Part shown: piece by piece, positions 18,495 through 27,841 of the stretch | How the letters are laid out: every line of letters starts with the position of its first letter | Position numbering within the stretch: the first letter of the stretch is position 1 | From: an uncultured Syntrophaceae bacterium | GTDB lineage: Bacteria > Desulfobacterota > Syntrophia > Syntrophales > UBA4778 | Reading direction: 5' to 3' | Assembly (NCBI GenBank): GCA_964597995.1 | Contig: CAZRAC010000003.1 | Coordinates: 1 to 59,923, forward strand | DNA length: 59,923 bases | The notes under the pieces: model-generated | The model's input: the letters and a program-made list of their open reading frames with translations, nothing else | Database searches by the model: none | What the model was told of the DNA's origin: nothing | Position numbers and translations under genes: made by a program

Positions 18495-20069
18495 ATGCAT
18501 CGCGCAATACTTTCAATCATAACCCTGTCGATCTTTCTTTGCATTTCTTTTGGCTTCGGCAGCGAAACCGAAGCGCCTTCTCATGTGCACGGCCTGGTAA
18601 AGGAAGGGAAATACCTGGAAGCAATCGCTGAGTGTCAGGCGATAGTGGAACATGCCCAGCAGGATGACACGAAAGCCACCGCGTTCCTGATGATCGGGGA
18701 TATTTACAGCTATTACCTCGACGACTATGATGCCGCTCTTCGGTATTACGACCTTGTAAAAACTGAGTACCCCAAAAGCAATGCCTCCGCCAACGCCTTT
18801 TTCAATTCTGGTATGATCCTTTACGAAAAGGGCAGATTCAAGGAAGCCTTGTTGCAGTTTAATGTTTACCTGAAAAATTATCCGCAGGGGACAAGAAGAG
18901 ACACGGCTTCTTACATGGTCGAGGCTTGTAGCCGGGAGATCCCGCTCACGGTGGCGAAAGAGGACAAGCCCGTGGGTCCTGCAGCGAGGGACATCGATAT
19001 TGTTAGGGTCCTTCTGGCGGCATCGGCAAAGCCGGTCGTGATTACAGTTACTTCATCAGTGGAGGTTATGGATGCGAATGAAAAGAGGACGTTGGGGAGA
19101 TTGGCTACCGGAGACAAGGTCGTAGGTGTATCGAATGGTATGCTGATGATTGATGGACAGCCCGTTGGGGATGGAGAGATCATACTTATTTGCGCCCCTG
19201 GAGAAAAGCTGAAACTGGACGGGAAAAGGTACCGCGGGAAGGTAAAGTTGAAGAAGACGGCATTGGGAGGTGTGGCTGCGGTCAATGTCTTGCGTACGGA
19301 AGAGTACCTTTACGGCGTTGTTCCCAGAGAAATGTTGCCGAGCTGGCCGTTGGAGGCATTGAAGACCCAGGCTGTCGCGGCTAGAACCTTCGTTCTTTAC
19401 CAGAAGGACAAGAACCGGAACGACGATTATGATGTAACTGCCACTACTTTGTCTCAAGTCTACGGGGGTTTTGATTGTGAAACCAGTGAGACGCGGCAGG
19501 CAGTAGATTGTACAAAAGGGGAAGTCATTACTCACGGGGGCAGGCTGATTCTCGCATACTATCATGCCAATAGCGGCGGCATGACGGAGGATGCCGGAAA
19601 CGTCTGGACAACCGACCTTCCTTACCTAAAGGGGGTGATAGACCCCTTCAGCGAGGGAGCGCCCGATTGTCGGTGGTCCGTCCTCCTCCGCTTGAAGGAC
19701 ATCGCGAGGTCTCTTTCGGAAAATGGTATTCGGGTGAATGTCGTCCATGACGTGACCCCTGTCGGGGTTAGTCCCTCCGGGAGGGTTACGAGGGTCAGGG
19801 TCGTGCACGACAGGGGCGAGACGATACTCCGCAGCAACGATTTCAGGATTAAGTTGGATGCGAGGCTGGTTAAAAGCACTCTCTTCGTGGCTGTGAGAGA
19901 AGGCGATGTCATTAGATTCGACGGAAGGGGCTATGGGCACGGTGTAGGGTTGAGCCAGTGGGGGGCCCGGGAAATGGCTCTTCAGGGCTACACCTACCGT
20001 GATATCCTCAAGCATTATTATACAGGGGTTGAGGTCGGGAACACATCACCGTTGGCCCAAAGGCGGTAG
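18495..20069 (+). CDS. TPR-containing SpoIID/LytB-domain protein (periplasmic peptidoglycan hydrolase)
   Basis: Signal peptide and TPR helices; EEYLYGVVPREM..EALKTQAVAART, QVYGG, GYGHGVGLSQWGA. Confidence 0.9.
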   Translation: MHRAILSIITLSIFLCISFGFGSETEAPSHVHGLVKEGKYLEAIAECQAIVEHAQQDDTKATAFLMIGDIYSYYLDDYDAALRYYDLVKTEYPKSNASANAFFNSGMILYEKGRFKEALLQFNVYLKNYPQGTRRDTASYMVEACSREIPLTVAKEDKPVGPAARDIDIVRVLLAASAKPVVITVTSSVEVMDANEKRTLGRLATGDKVVGVSNGMLMIDGQPVGDGEIILICAPGEKLKLDGKRYRGKVKLKKTALGGVAAVNVLRTEEYLYGVVPREMLPSWPLEALKTQAVAARTFVLYQKDKNRNDDYDVTATTLSQVYGGFDCETSETRQAVDCTKGEVITHGGRLILAYYHANSGGMTEDAGNVWTTDLPYLKGVIDPFSEGAPDCRWSVLLRLKDIARSLSENGIRVNVVHDVTPVGVSPSGRVTRVRVVHDRGETILRSNDFRIKLDARLVKSTLFVAVREGDVIRFDGRGYGHGVGLSQWGAREMALQGYTYRDILKHYYTGVEVGNTSPLAQRR

Positions 20070-20166
20070 TAGTGAGTACGGTTTCACCCCGTGTTTTACG
20101 GCCTTTGCCGGGAGACAAAGGCACGTGCATAGAACAATGATTGTCTCAACTGTTAAGCAAAAATGT

Positions 20167-20198
20167 AACGGGGAAGGCCGATGTCTTCCCCGTTTTTT
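20167..20198. terminator. Terminator between convergent spoIID-like gene and ppsA
   Basis: AACGGGGAAG-8 nt-CTTCCCCGTT; T tract on the + strand. Confidence 0.75.
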
Positions 20199-20216
20199 AA
20201 AAGTTCCAGTCTCTTG

Positions 20217-22649
20217 TTATCTTTTCTTCCGTTTGGGCGGTTTGATTCCCAACTCCTCTTCCGTTTTCAGGATGTCCAGAGTGGTCCTGATGACGGTGTC
20301 GGAGTTCAAAGACATGCTGTCGATGCCGCACTTTACAAGGAACCGGGCAAATTCCGGATAATCGCTCGGGGCCTGGCCGCAGATGCCGATCTTCTTCTTC
20401 ATCCTCCGCGCCTTCTTGATCGCCAGCGCCACGAGGTCGAGGACGGCCTGGTTCCTTTCGTCGAAGATATGAGCGACCTGGGCGGAATCCCTGTCGAGAC
20501 CCAGGGTGAGCTGGGTGAGGTCGTTGGACCCGATGGAGAATCCGTCGAATACCTTGCCGAATTCTTCGATCAGGATGACGTTGCTCGGGATCTCGACCAT
20601 CATATAAATCTCAAGCCCATTCTCTCCTTGTACAAGCCCATTTTCTCTCATGACTTCGATGACTCTTTTCCCTTCGTCGACGGTCCTGCAGAAGGGAATC
20701 ATGAGCTTGACGTTAGTCAGCCCCATCTCCTGGCGGACTTTGAGCATCGCCTTGCATTCCAGGGCAAATCCGTCCCGGTATTTTTCGTCGTAGTACCGTG
20801 AGGCGCCCCGCCAGCCGATCATGGGGTTTTCTTCGTGGGGTTCGAAGAAAGAACCCCCGACGAGGTTGGCGTACTCGTTACTCTTGAAATCGCTCATCCT
20901 GACGATCACGTCATTTGGATAGAAGGCGGCACCTATCTTGGCCACGCCCTGGGCGAGTTTGTCCACGAAACAGTCGCTCTTGTTCTCGTAGCCCTGTGTG
21001 AGGGTCTCGATCTCTTCCCTCACCTTCGGGTCCGTCACTTTGTCGAACTGGATAAGTGCCATTGGATGGAGCCTTATGCTGTTGATGATGAACTCCAATC
21101 TGGCCAGTCCAACGCCGTCGTTAGGGATGGATGCACTGTTGAAGGCCAGGTCAGGGTTGCCGATGTTCATCATGATACCGGTCTTCGGCCTCGCCATGTC
21201 CTTCAGGTTGATTTTCTGTATCTCGTACTTGAGGATGCCTTCGTAGACGTTTCCCACTTCACCCTCGGCGCAGGAGACGGTCGCTTCTTTCACACCGCGG
21301 AGCTTTTCGGTCCCTTCACCCGTTCCGACGACGCAGGGCACGCCCAGCTCCCTGCTCACGATAGCGGCATGACAGGTACGCCCCCCTTTGTTGGTCACGA
21401 TGGCGGCGGCGATCTTCATGATCGGCTCCCAATCCGGGTCCGTCATGTCCGTCACCAGGACCTGCCCTTTTTGGAAACTTTTGATGGCATCTACGTTTTC
21501 GATGATGTTGACCGGCCCGGCCCCTATCTTTGAGCCAACGGCGGTTCCCGTGACCAAGGGCGTTTTGGTTTCCAGGAGCCGATAGCTTTCGAGGACGTTG
21601 ACATCCTTCTGTGACTGGACGGTCTCAGGCCTTGCCTGGAGGATAAACAGTTCGCCGGTAGCGCCGTCTTTGCCCCATTCTATGTCCATAGGTTTGAAGA
21701 AGCCTGCCTTCGCAGAATAATGGTCTTCGATGATCATGGTCCACTCGGCAAGCCGGAGAATCTCATCGTCCGTCAGGCAGAAACGCCTCCGGTCGGCTTC
21801 GGGAACCGGCACGATGACGGTGGCTTCTTCATGCGTTTCGGTGGCATAGACCATCTTTATTTCTTTGGTGCCGAGCTTCTTCTGTAAGATCGGCCGGAAT
21901 CCCTTCCGGAGCGTAGGCTTGAAGACATAAAATTCATCTGGATTGACCGTGCCCTGGACCACCAGTTCACCTAAGCCGTAAGAGCCGGTTATCAGGACGG
22001 CGTCACGGAATCCCGATTCCGTATCGATGGAAAAAATAACGCCTGCGGAGGCGAGGTCGGAGCGCACCATCTTCTGCACGCCGATAGAGAGCGCCACGGA
22101 AAGGTGGTCGAACCCTTTGTCCACCCGGTAGGAAATCGCCCGGTCGGTAAAAAGGGAAGCGAAGCATTTCTTGCAGGCATCGATAAGCTCGGTTTCGCCC
22201 CTGACGTTCAGGTAAGTCTCCTGCTGCCCTGCGAAGCTTGCGTCCGGTAGGTCTTCCGCCGTTGCCGAGCTTCTTACCGCAACATCGACTTTACTGTCCG
22301 AGTATTCTTTACAAAGCTGTTTGTATGCATCCAGTATGTCTTTCTTCAGGTCCAGCGGCAGTTCGGCATTGTAGATGAGCGACCGGATTTTTTCCCCTCT
22401 TTCCGACAGATTTTCAATATCGTGGGTGTCCAGGTCCGCCAAGATATTTTTAATTTCCTCTGTGATGCCGGCACTTTCTAAAAGGTAACGATAGGCTTCG
22501 GCTGTTATGGCATAACCGTCAGGAATGTTCACCTTCTTCTTCGTGAGCTCCCTGCGCATCTCGCCGAGGGAGGCGTTTTTCCCCCCCACTTGGGGTATAT
22601 CTTTCAACTCTATTTCATCGAACCAAAGGACGAATTTGTTTTCTTTCAT
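20217..22649 (-). CDS. ppsA: Phosphoenolpyruvate synthase
   Basis: VGGKNASLGEM, VRSSATAEDLPDASFAGQQET, GGRTCHAAIV (phospho-His), SIGSNDLTQ, GICGQ. True start ATG 22649 with GGAGG. Confidence 0.97.
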   Translation of the reverse strand: MKENKFVLWFDEIELKDIPQVGGKNASLGEMRRELTKKKVNIPDGYAITAEAYRYLLESAGITEEIKNILADLDTHDIENLSERGEKIRSLIYNAELPLDLKKDILDAYKQLCKEYSDSKVDVAVRSSATAEDLPDASFAGQQETYLNVRGETELIDACKKCFASLFTDRAISYRVDKGFDHLSVALSIGVQKMVRSDLASAGVIFSIDTESGFRDAVLITGSYGLGELVVQGTVNPDEFYVFKPTLRKGFRPILQKKLGTKEIKMVYATETHEEATVIVPVPEADRRRFCLTDDEILRLAEWTMIIEDHYSAKAGFFKPMDIEWGKDGATGELFILQARPETVQSQKDVNVLESYRLLETKTPLVTGTAVGSKIGAGPVNIIENVDAIKSFQKGQVLVTDMTDPDWEPIMKIAAAIVTNKGGRTCHAAIVSRELGVPCVVGTGEGTEKLRGVKEATVSCAEGEVGNVYEGILKYEIQKINLKDMARPKTGIMMNIGNPDLAFNSASIPNDGVGLARLEFIINSIRLHPMALIQFDKVTDPKVREEIETLTQGYENKSDCFVDKLAQGVAKIGAAFYPNDVIVRMSDFKSNEYANLVGGSFFEPHEENPMIGWRGASRYYDEKYRDGFALECKAMLKVRQEMGLTNVKLMIPFCRTVDEGKRVIEVMRENGLVQGENGLEIYMMVEIPSNVILIEEFGKVFDGFSIGSNDLTQLTLGLDRDSAQVAHIFDERNQAVLDLVALAIKKARRMKKKIGICGQAPSDYPEFARFLVKCGIDSMSLNSDTVIRTTLDILKTEEELGIKPPKRKKR

Positions 22650-22771
22650 CTGTTCCTCCAGGTTTCTTGGTTTGTACGGCATCTTGAAGATAAGTTGGGC
22701 ATTTATACCAGCGCGGTAAATTCTAGTCAAATGGAAATCATGGACGCGAAATTCGCCACGGCCGGAAAACA

Positions 22772-22800
22772 AAAAAAGGCCGGAGAACCCGGCCTTTTTT
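22772..22800. terminator. Bidirectional terminator ending the atpE-Cache gene transcript
   Basis: AAAAAAGGCCGG-AGAAC-CCGGCCTTTTTT. Confidence 0.8.
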
Positions 22801-22812
22801 GTATGCTCAGAT

Positions 22813-22840
22813 GAAATCAATCACCTGAAATCAATCACCT
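22813..22840. repeat. Perfect 14-bp direct tandem repeat x2
   Basis: GAAATCAATCACCT GAAATCAATCACCT, abutting the stop codon of the Cache gene. Confidence 0.85.
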
Positions 22841-24158
22841 ACTTGTTGTCTTCTTCTTCATCTTCGTAATAGTCAACCACTTCCTGCGAACCTTCCGGCA
22901 CCTCGGCTGCGATGGACCGAGAAATTCCTCGAGCCAGTAAAGCGGAGATCAGGAAAAGAATGACCACAGATATGATCAGGATCAGGATGATCGTTGTCGA
23001 CCACGCCTTCGCTTCTTTTTCGATCTTCTGCGACGTTGCGACGGCAAGTTCGTTCCACTTTTCTACGTCGACACCCATCCCGACCCAACCAAAACCGCCC
23101 GGTTTAGGATAGTCGTCGGTGAAGAACTTGATCGGTGCATAGGCGACGAACTTCGTATGGCCACCGAATTTGTATGTCTTGATGCCGGAGTTTCCGGCGG
23201 CTGCGTCCTTCGCTATCTCAGGTAGGTTCGGGTCCATGAAGCCGAGAAGATTGAGGTTCAGGACTTCCTCTCCCTTTTTGACCTGCTCTTCGGCTGTCTT
23301 CTCCGTCAGAGGAGGAACCGGTCTCCCGTCTTTGTACAGGCCCGCGATATGGTAGTCGTTTGGGTGCGAGATCATGAACCCCTTGTTGTCGACCATATAG
23401 GCATAATTACCTGTGGAAGCGTCGGCCTCAAAAACAAGTTGTGCCTGTGTCGGGATGATATGATCGGTGAAGCCGGCGAGGTGCCTGTAATCAAGAGCCA
23501 GAACGACCACTCCGGCGAAACCTTCTTTGCTGAACAACGGGGTTGCAAAGCGGATAACCCCCGTGAATCTTTTATTTTGTTGCTCGAACTCCTGTCTATT
23601 GACGTACCATCCGGTGACACGGCCGACGTATATATCGCCCTTGTTCAGAGCCTTCGCCTTGTTGAAGTAGTCTTCCGACTTGTAAAGGGTGTTGGCCGGA
23701 TTGCTCACATTGACCAATTTTGACTTCGGCACAACCTGGCCGTTTGATATCTTGATCTGTTCATTGCCGTTTCTGTCAATGAGCGCCATCTCCGTGTAGA
23801 GGAGAGCAGGTTCCTGGACGATTTTGTCGTTCGACTTCACCCAGATATTTCTTTTGTTTTCATTGACGAACTGTTTGAACGCCGCCTCGGTGGCTGGGAT
23901 GATGGTGGCCACCAGCAGGTCCTTTTTTCTCTCACTGAGGAAGCTGGCGACCTCATCTGCTGTATTGATGGTCCGTATTTTTATTTCTTCCTGAGATTTT
24001 TGATCGAGAACGGTGACGGCACGTTCTTTTGCTGTAATCCCAAGTTTGAATATTCCATTGGCGATAAGAATCGCCATCAACGATAAGGGGATTACTATAA
24101 GCAGGAAGAAGACCCTTGCTACAGTGAAAAGCTGCTTGTCTTTTTTTGTGTCTGGCAT
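22839..24158 (-). CDS. Membrane-anchored Cache-domain sensor protein with no cytoplasmic output domain
   Basis: TM at ~13-35, a ~350-aa extracytoplasmic region (IRFATPLF..GVVVLALD, YAYMVDNKGFMISHP, FVAYAPI), second TM at ~390-410, then only a ~30-aa acidic tail. Confidence 0.8.
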   Translation of the reverse strand: MPDTKKDKQLFTVARVFFLLIVIPLSLMAILIANGIFKLGITAKERAVTVLDQKSQEEIKIRTINTADEVASFLSERKKDLLVATIIPATEAAFKQFVNENKRNIWVKSNDKIVQEPALLYTEMALIDRNGNEQIKISNGQVVPKSKLVNVSNPANTLYKSEDYFNKAKALNKGDIYVGRVTGWYVNRQEFEQQNKRFTGVIRFATPLFSKEGFAGVVVLALDYRHLAGFTDHIIPTQAQLVFEADASTGNYAYMVDNKGFMISHPNDYHIAGLYKDGRPVPPLTEKTAEEQVKKGEEVLNLNLLGFMDPNLPEIAKDAAAGNSGIKTYKFGGHTKFVAYAPIKFFTDDYPKPGGFGWVGMGVDVEKWNELAVATSQKIEKEAKAWSTTIILILIISVVILFLISALLARGISRSIAAEVPEGSQEVVDYYEDEEEDNK

Positions 24159-24210
24159 CGCCTTCTCCCCCTAACTTTGTTAGTTTTGAATTAATCGTTC
24201 GACCGTTAAA

Positions 24211-24585
24211 TTAACCCAAAAAATAACGCATATAGGGGTTTGCGTAGAGGAGAACGAGCGAAACGACCAGGGCGTAAATGGTAATCGATTCCGCCATTGC
24301 CATACCCACGAGCATCGTTGTCAAGATCTTACCCTGGACGCCGGGGTTTCTTCCGACAGCCTGGCATGCGCCGCTTGCGGCATTTCCGATTCCTGCACCG
24401 GCGCCGATTGCACCGCCACCAATCGCTATACCTGCAGCTATCATCGCACCTACAGCGAAGATCACCTTCGTGTAAGGTTCACCCGTCGGAAGGGCTTCCG
24501 CCGCGAATACTACCGGTGAACACACAAACAGAGTTACCACGGCTGAGAAAAGGGTTAGTAAAGTCTTTCCGAATTTCTTTAACAT
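24211..24585 (-). CDS. atpE: F-type ATP synthase subunit c, paralog 1, with a signal-peptide-like N-terminal extension
   Basis: GAIGAGAGIG glycine motif, GRNPG loop, MAESITIY (ion-binding Glu), LYANP; AAGGAG RBS. Confidence 0.95.
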   Translation of the reverse strand: MLKKFGKTLLTLFSAVVTLFVCSPVVFAAEALPTGEPYTKVIFAVGAMIAAGIAIGGGAIGAGAGIGNAASGACQAVGRNPGVQGKILTTMLVGMAMAESITIYALVVSLVLLYANPYMRYFLG

Positions 24586-24695
24586 CTGTCCAATCTCCTT
24601 TCATGGGGTAAAGTAACCTGAATGACCAACCTTTTCCTTGTAACATAATTCTGTATCCAAAGAAAAGGAAAAGCTCTTCAGTTGCCCGCCCTATA

Positions 24696-24711
24696 TGCAA
24701 TGAATGTGCCT
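24696..24711 (-). promoter_or_regulatory. sigma54 (-24/-12) promoter driving atpE paralog 1
   Basis: Minus strand reads AGGCAC-ATTCA-TTGCA with exact GG-N10-GC spacing, ~110 nt upstream of the ATG. Confidence 0.75.
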
Positions 24712-24811
24712 CAATCTTCGGGGGTCGTCAGATGTGGCTAAGGTTGGACAAACATAGGGCTAATTATTACCGTCGGCGAAGTGTAGTGAGTGCGTTTATA
24801 CGGACTGCGTT

Positions 24812-24866
24812 TGACGTTTCGTTACACTGGAGAGGGAAATTTAACGAAATGTTAAATGAAACGTCA
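24812..24866. promoter_or_regulatory. Candidate upstream activator sequences (nested inverted repeats)
   Basis: TGACGTTTC(24812-20)/GAAACGTCA(24858-66), TTTCGTTA/TAACGAAA and ATTTAAC-N5-GTTAAAT, ~100-155 bp upstream of the sigma54 site. Confidence 0.55.
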
Positions 24867-24909
24867 TGAGGCGATGAAAGAACGTAGGCCCACGGAGGGA
24901 TGTTTTTTA

Positions 24910-24938
24910 TTGAAAAATGACAGTCGGGGCGATAGTAT
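24910..24938 (+). promoter_or_regulatory. Candidate sigma70 promoter for the small-protein / kinase operon
   Basis: TTGAAA-17 nt-TAGTAT. Confidence 0.5.
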
Positions 24939-25052
24939 CCTTTTGTACACGATCATTTAAAATGGCAGAAGTGTTAGTGCTGTGCAAAGCTATGGAGTAT
25001 GTTTTTTTCGTCCTGTCTTTCACCTTTAGCTCAAGTTGGAGTGGATCAGAAG

Positions 25053-25232
25053 ATGCAGGAAATATTGACCGCTGTAACATACCTTGTGGCCTGGTTAGCA
25101 TGCGAAAAAGTTTTTCACATCGAAAGCGGCCTCACCAAACTTCTCATCTCTCTTGGTGCCGCCGTTGGCGTCTATGTCCTGATAGCTGTGAAGGAAAGCC
25201 GCGAGAAGACACGGAAGGGACGAGACGATTGA
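25053..25232 (+). CDS. Small (59 aa) membrane protein with two hydrophobic segments
   Basis: GGAG RBS upstream; two hydrophobic stretches and a charged tail; stop 7 nt before the kinase start. Confidence 0.65.
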   Translation: MQEILTAVTYLVAWLACEKVFHIESGLTKLLISLGAAVGVYVLIAVKESREKTRKGRDD

Positions 25233-25239
25233 GCGGTGC

Positions 25240-27831
25240 ATGACTCCATCTATGGAAAATAAAAGAATAATTCCTATATGGTTGGCGACCGTCATCGTCA
25301 TCTTGATGGTAATCCTTTTTTCCATGCTCATAAATCGTGCGCGGGAAAAGGAAATCGTCGAGCGGTTCAGCCGTCAGCAAATGGCCATAGCCAAGGGGTT
25401 GGCCGCGGGGATCGAAGACCTTATCGCCGACGTGGGAAAAAGTATGATGATCCATTCCCTGCGGCTGACCAGCGGGCGGAAGGCGATCGTCTCCTTAAGA
25501 GAAGATGTCAGGGTAATCTTTGACAGCTTAGGTGCCAAGGTGAAGTTCGTCGCGGCAGACGGCGCAGACGGTAGCCCTATTGTCTATCCCTCTGACTACC
25601 GGCAGGCCTTTTTGACTAAGAGGCCTGAGATGCAGGCACTGATGAGAGAGGTGAAAAGGACTGGGAAGCCCCATGTCGGCGATTTTCTAAGAAAAGAAGG
25701 AAATGTCGGTGCTGAAAGAATCGGCGAGGACGAAACACTGGTAGTGGTCGCGGTTCCGCGGTTTGGTCAAGACAGGGAGGTTATCGGCGCCTTTTATGCC
25801 GCCCTATCTCTTTCCACCGTCGTCGACAGGTATATTTTGCCGGCGAAAGATGAATTTTCTTGCGAGGTCTGGCTGGTAGACGAAAAGGGGATGATCGCCT
25901 TCCATACCAACGGGCATCTGGCGGGTCGAGAGGCGGATGTACTTGAGACGGAGCAGCCGTCAGGAGGTCTCTCCCTGAAGAGTAGGATGATGGCCGGGGG
26001 CGAAGGCATAGGTGAGTATCGGTTGCTTCGGGGAAAAGGCCGCGAGGAAAGGCAGATCGTCGCCTTTTCGCCGGTCGGGCTCGACTCGAGAAAGTGGTCG
26101 GTGGCAGTCAGTCTCCCGTACCAGGCAGCGGTATCCCACTTGAAAAAAACGTTCGTCATCTTGATGCTGGAGGCCCTTGTTCTGATCGTTACAGCCGTCG
26201 TTGGGGCTGCGATGATTTTCTATACCAGCAGGCGGCGCCTTGTCTTGGAACAGGAGTTGAAGCGGTTCAAAGAACGGGATGATTTGCAGGAGAAGCTTGC
26301 CAGAGAGAAACGCACTATGGAGGGGATCATTGAGGGTTCTCCTATACCCACTTTTGTCATCGACCGGGACCACAAGGTCATTTTCTGGAACCGGGCCTGT
26401 GAGGAGTTGACGGGGTGCCGGAGCGTGGAAATGATAGGGACGGACAAGCAGTATATGCCCTTTTATCCCGAGAAGCGGCCGGTGATCGCCGATTTGATCG
26501 TAGATAATGACTTTGAGGGCCTGGATAAGTATTACGGGAAGAAGCAGGTTCAGAAGTCGTCGGTGGTGGAGAAGGCATACGAGGCGAGAGATTTTTATGA
26601 GAATCTGGGCGGTCGCAGGCGGCACCTTTATTTTCTCGCGGCGCCCATCTATGATGAGAACGGCCAGATAATCGCGGCGATCGAGACACTCCAGGATGTG
26701 ACCCGAGAGAGGGAGATGGAGTTAGCCCTGAAGGAATACGCCGAGACACTGAAGAACGAACTCTACGAGAACATTAAGCTAAAAAAGGACATAGAGGAGC
26801 TTTACAACTATCTTCAGTTCATCCTGGAAAGTTCCCCGGACCGGATATTCGACGTGACGAGCGATGGAACGATCAATTTCGTCAGCCGCAGCCTAGACTC
26901 CGGCACAGGAGCAAAGCAACTTCAAGGGAGGCATTTTACGGAGTTTGTGGCGCCCGAGCACAAAGAGTTCCTCATGAAAAGGTGGGAAGAGATCAAAGGA
27001 GGTCAATACCATCCTTTCGAGATAGAGGCGACAGCGAGAGACGGGACGAAACGAAACCTGTTGATCACCCCAAGGCCTATCAAGGGAACGGACCGTTATC
27101 TGTTCGTCCAGCGGGATATCACTGAATTCAAGGACCTGGAGAAGAAATTTTACGACAGCCAGAAACTCGCGGCGGTGGGACAACTCTCGGCAGGCATCGC
27201 CCACGAGGTGAGGAACCCGCTTTCGTCGATCAAAATGAGCCTTCAGATCCTGCAAAAGCGACTTCGCCCGGAAGGCAATGACCTAAAGAGGTTCAAGATT
27301 GCCGAGAAAGAAGTGGAGCATCTGGAAAAGATCGTCAGTGACATACTGCTCTTCGCTAAACCCATGGAACCGGACATGAGGCCGGGAGACGTCAACTCCT
27401 TCATCGACAGTTCTTTGTTGATGGCGGAGAAAGAGATATTGGAAAAGAAGATCGAGGTCCGCGCCGATTACGACAGCGATATCCCGCAGGCAAACTACGA
27501 CCCCGGGATGCTCAGGCAGGCGCTCCTGAACCTCTACCTAAACGCCATAGATGCGATGGATGAAGGAGGAGTACTAACCATCTCGACACGTTTTGTCAGG
27601 AAAGGTGATGGTGAATGGGTGCTGATAGAGATCGAGGACAACGGGTCCGGTATCGACGAAGAGGACATCCCCCACCTCTTTAACCCGTTTTTCACTCGGA
27701 AGAAGTATGGGACCGGGTTGGGATTGGCACAGGTAAAGAAAATCATCGACCTCCATCGGGGTACAATAGAAATCGTCAGCGTGAAGGGCCGGGGGACGAA
27801 GGTGTCTGTTGCGCTACCGGCAGGCGGGTAA
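25240..27831 (+). CDS. Sensor histidine kinase (TM-Cache-TM-PAS-PAS-HisKA-HATPase)
   Basis: H box AGIAHEVRNPLSSI, N box NLYLNAIDAM, G boxes EDNGSGI and GTGLGL; two PAS-like segments. Confidence 0.95.
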   Translation: MTPSMENKRIIPIWLATVIVILMVILFSMLINRAREKEIVERFSRQQMAIAKGLAAGIEDLIADVGKSMMIHSLRLTSGRKAIVSLREDVRVIFDSLGAKVKFVAADGADGSPIVYPSDYRQAFLTKRPEMQALMREVKRTGKPHVGDFLRKEGNVGAERIGEDETLVVVAVPRFGQDREVIGAFYAALSLSTVVDRYILPAKDEFSCEVWLVDEKGMIAFHTNGHLAGREADVLETEQPSGGLSLKSRMMAGGEGIGEYRLLRGKGREERQIVAFSPVGLDSRKWSVAVSLPYQAAVSHLKKTFVILMLEALVLIVTAVVGAAMIFYTSRRRLVLEQELKRFKERDDLQEKLAREKRTMEGIIEGSPIPTFVIDRDHKVIFWNRACEELTGCRSVEMIGTDKQYMPFYPEKRPVIADLIVDNDFEGLDKYYGKKQVQKSSVVEKAYEARDFYENLGGRRRHLYFLAAPIYDENGQIIAAIETLQDVTREREMELALKEYAETLKNELYENIKLKKDIEELYNYLQFILESSPDRIFDVTSDGTINFVSRSLDSGTGAKQLQGRHFTEFVAPEHKEFLMKRWEEIKGGQYHPFEIEATARDGTKRNLLITPRPIKGTDRYLFVQRDITEFKDLEKKFYDSQKLAAVGQLSAGIAHEVRNPLSSIKMSLQILQKRLRPEGNDLKRFKIAEKEVEHLEKIVSDILLFAKPMEPDMRPGDVNSFIDSSLLMAEKEILEKKIEVRADYDSDIPQANYDPGMLRQALLNLYLNAIDAMDEGGVLTISTRFVRKGDGEWVLIEIEDNGSGIDEEDIPHLFNPFFTRKKYGTGLGLAQVKKIIDLHRGTIEIVSVKGRGTKVSVALPAGG

Positions 27832-27841
27832 CAATAGAGGG

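Noticed and set aside
22650-22820. N-terminal extensions in the ORF track (ppsA, dnaG, rpoD, rnhA, flxB, atpZ, ribD, arfB-like, FAD oxidoreductase)
   Set aside because: Homologous sequence begins at a downstream start, usually with an RBS; extensions cross terminators or neighbouring genes.
24211-24585. Calling the ATP synthase Na+-dependent from the ES motif
   Set aside because: Both paralogs lack the Q32 and T67 equivalents; ES plus Y alone is insufficient.
24963-24980. Second sigma54 promoter toward the kinase (TGGCAGAAGTG..)
   Set aside because: GC is not at the required GG-N10-GC spacing.
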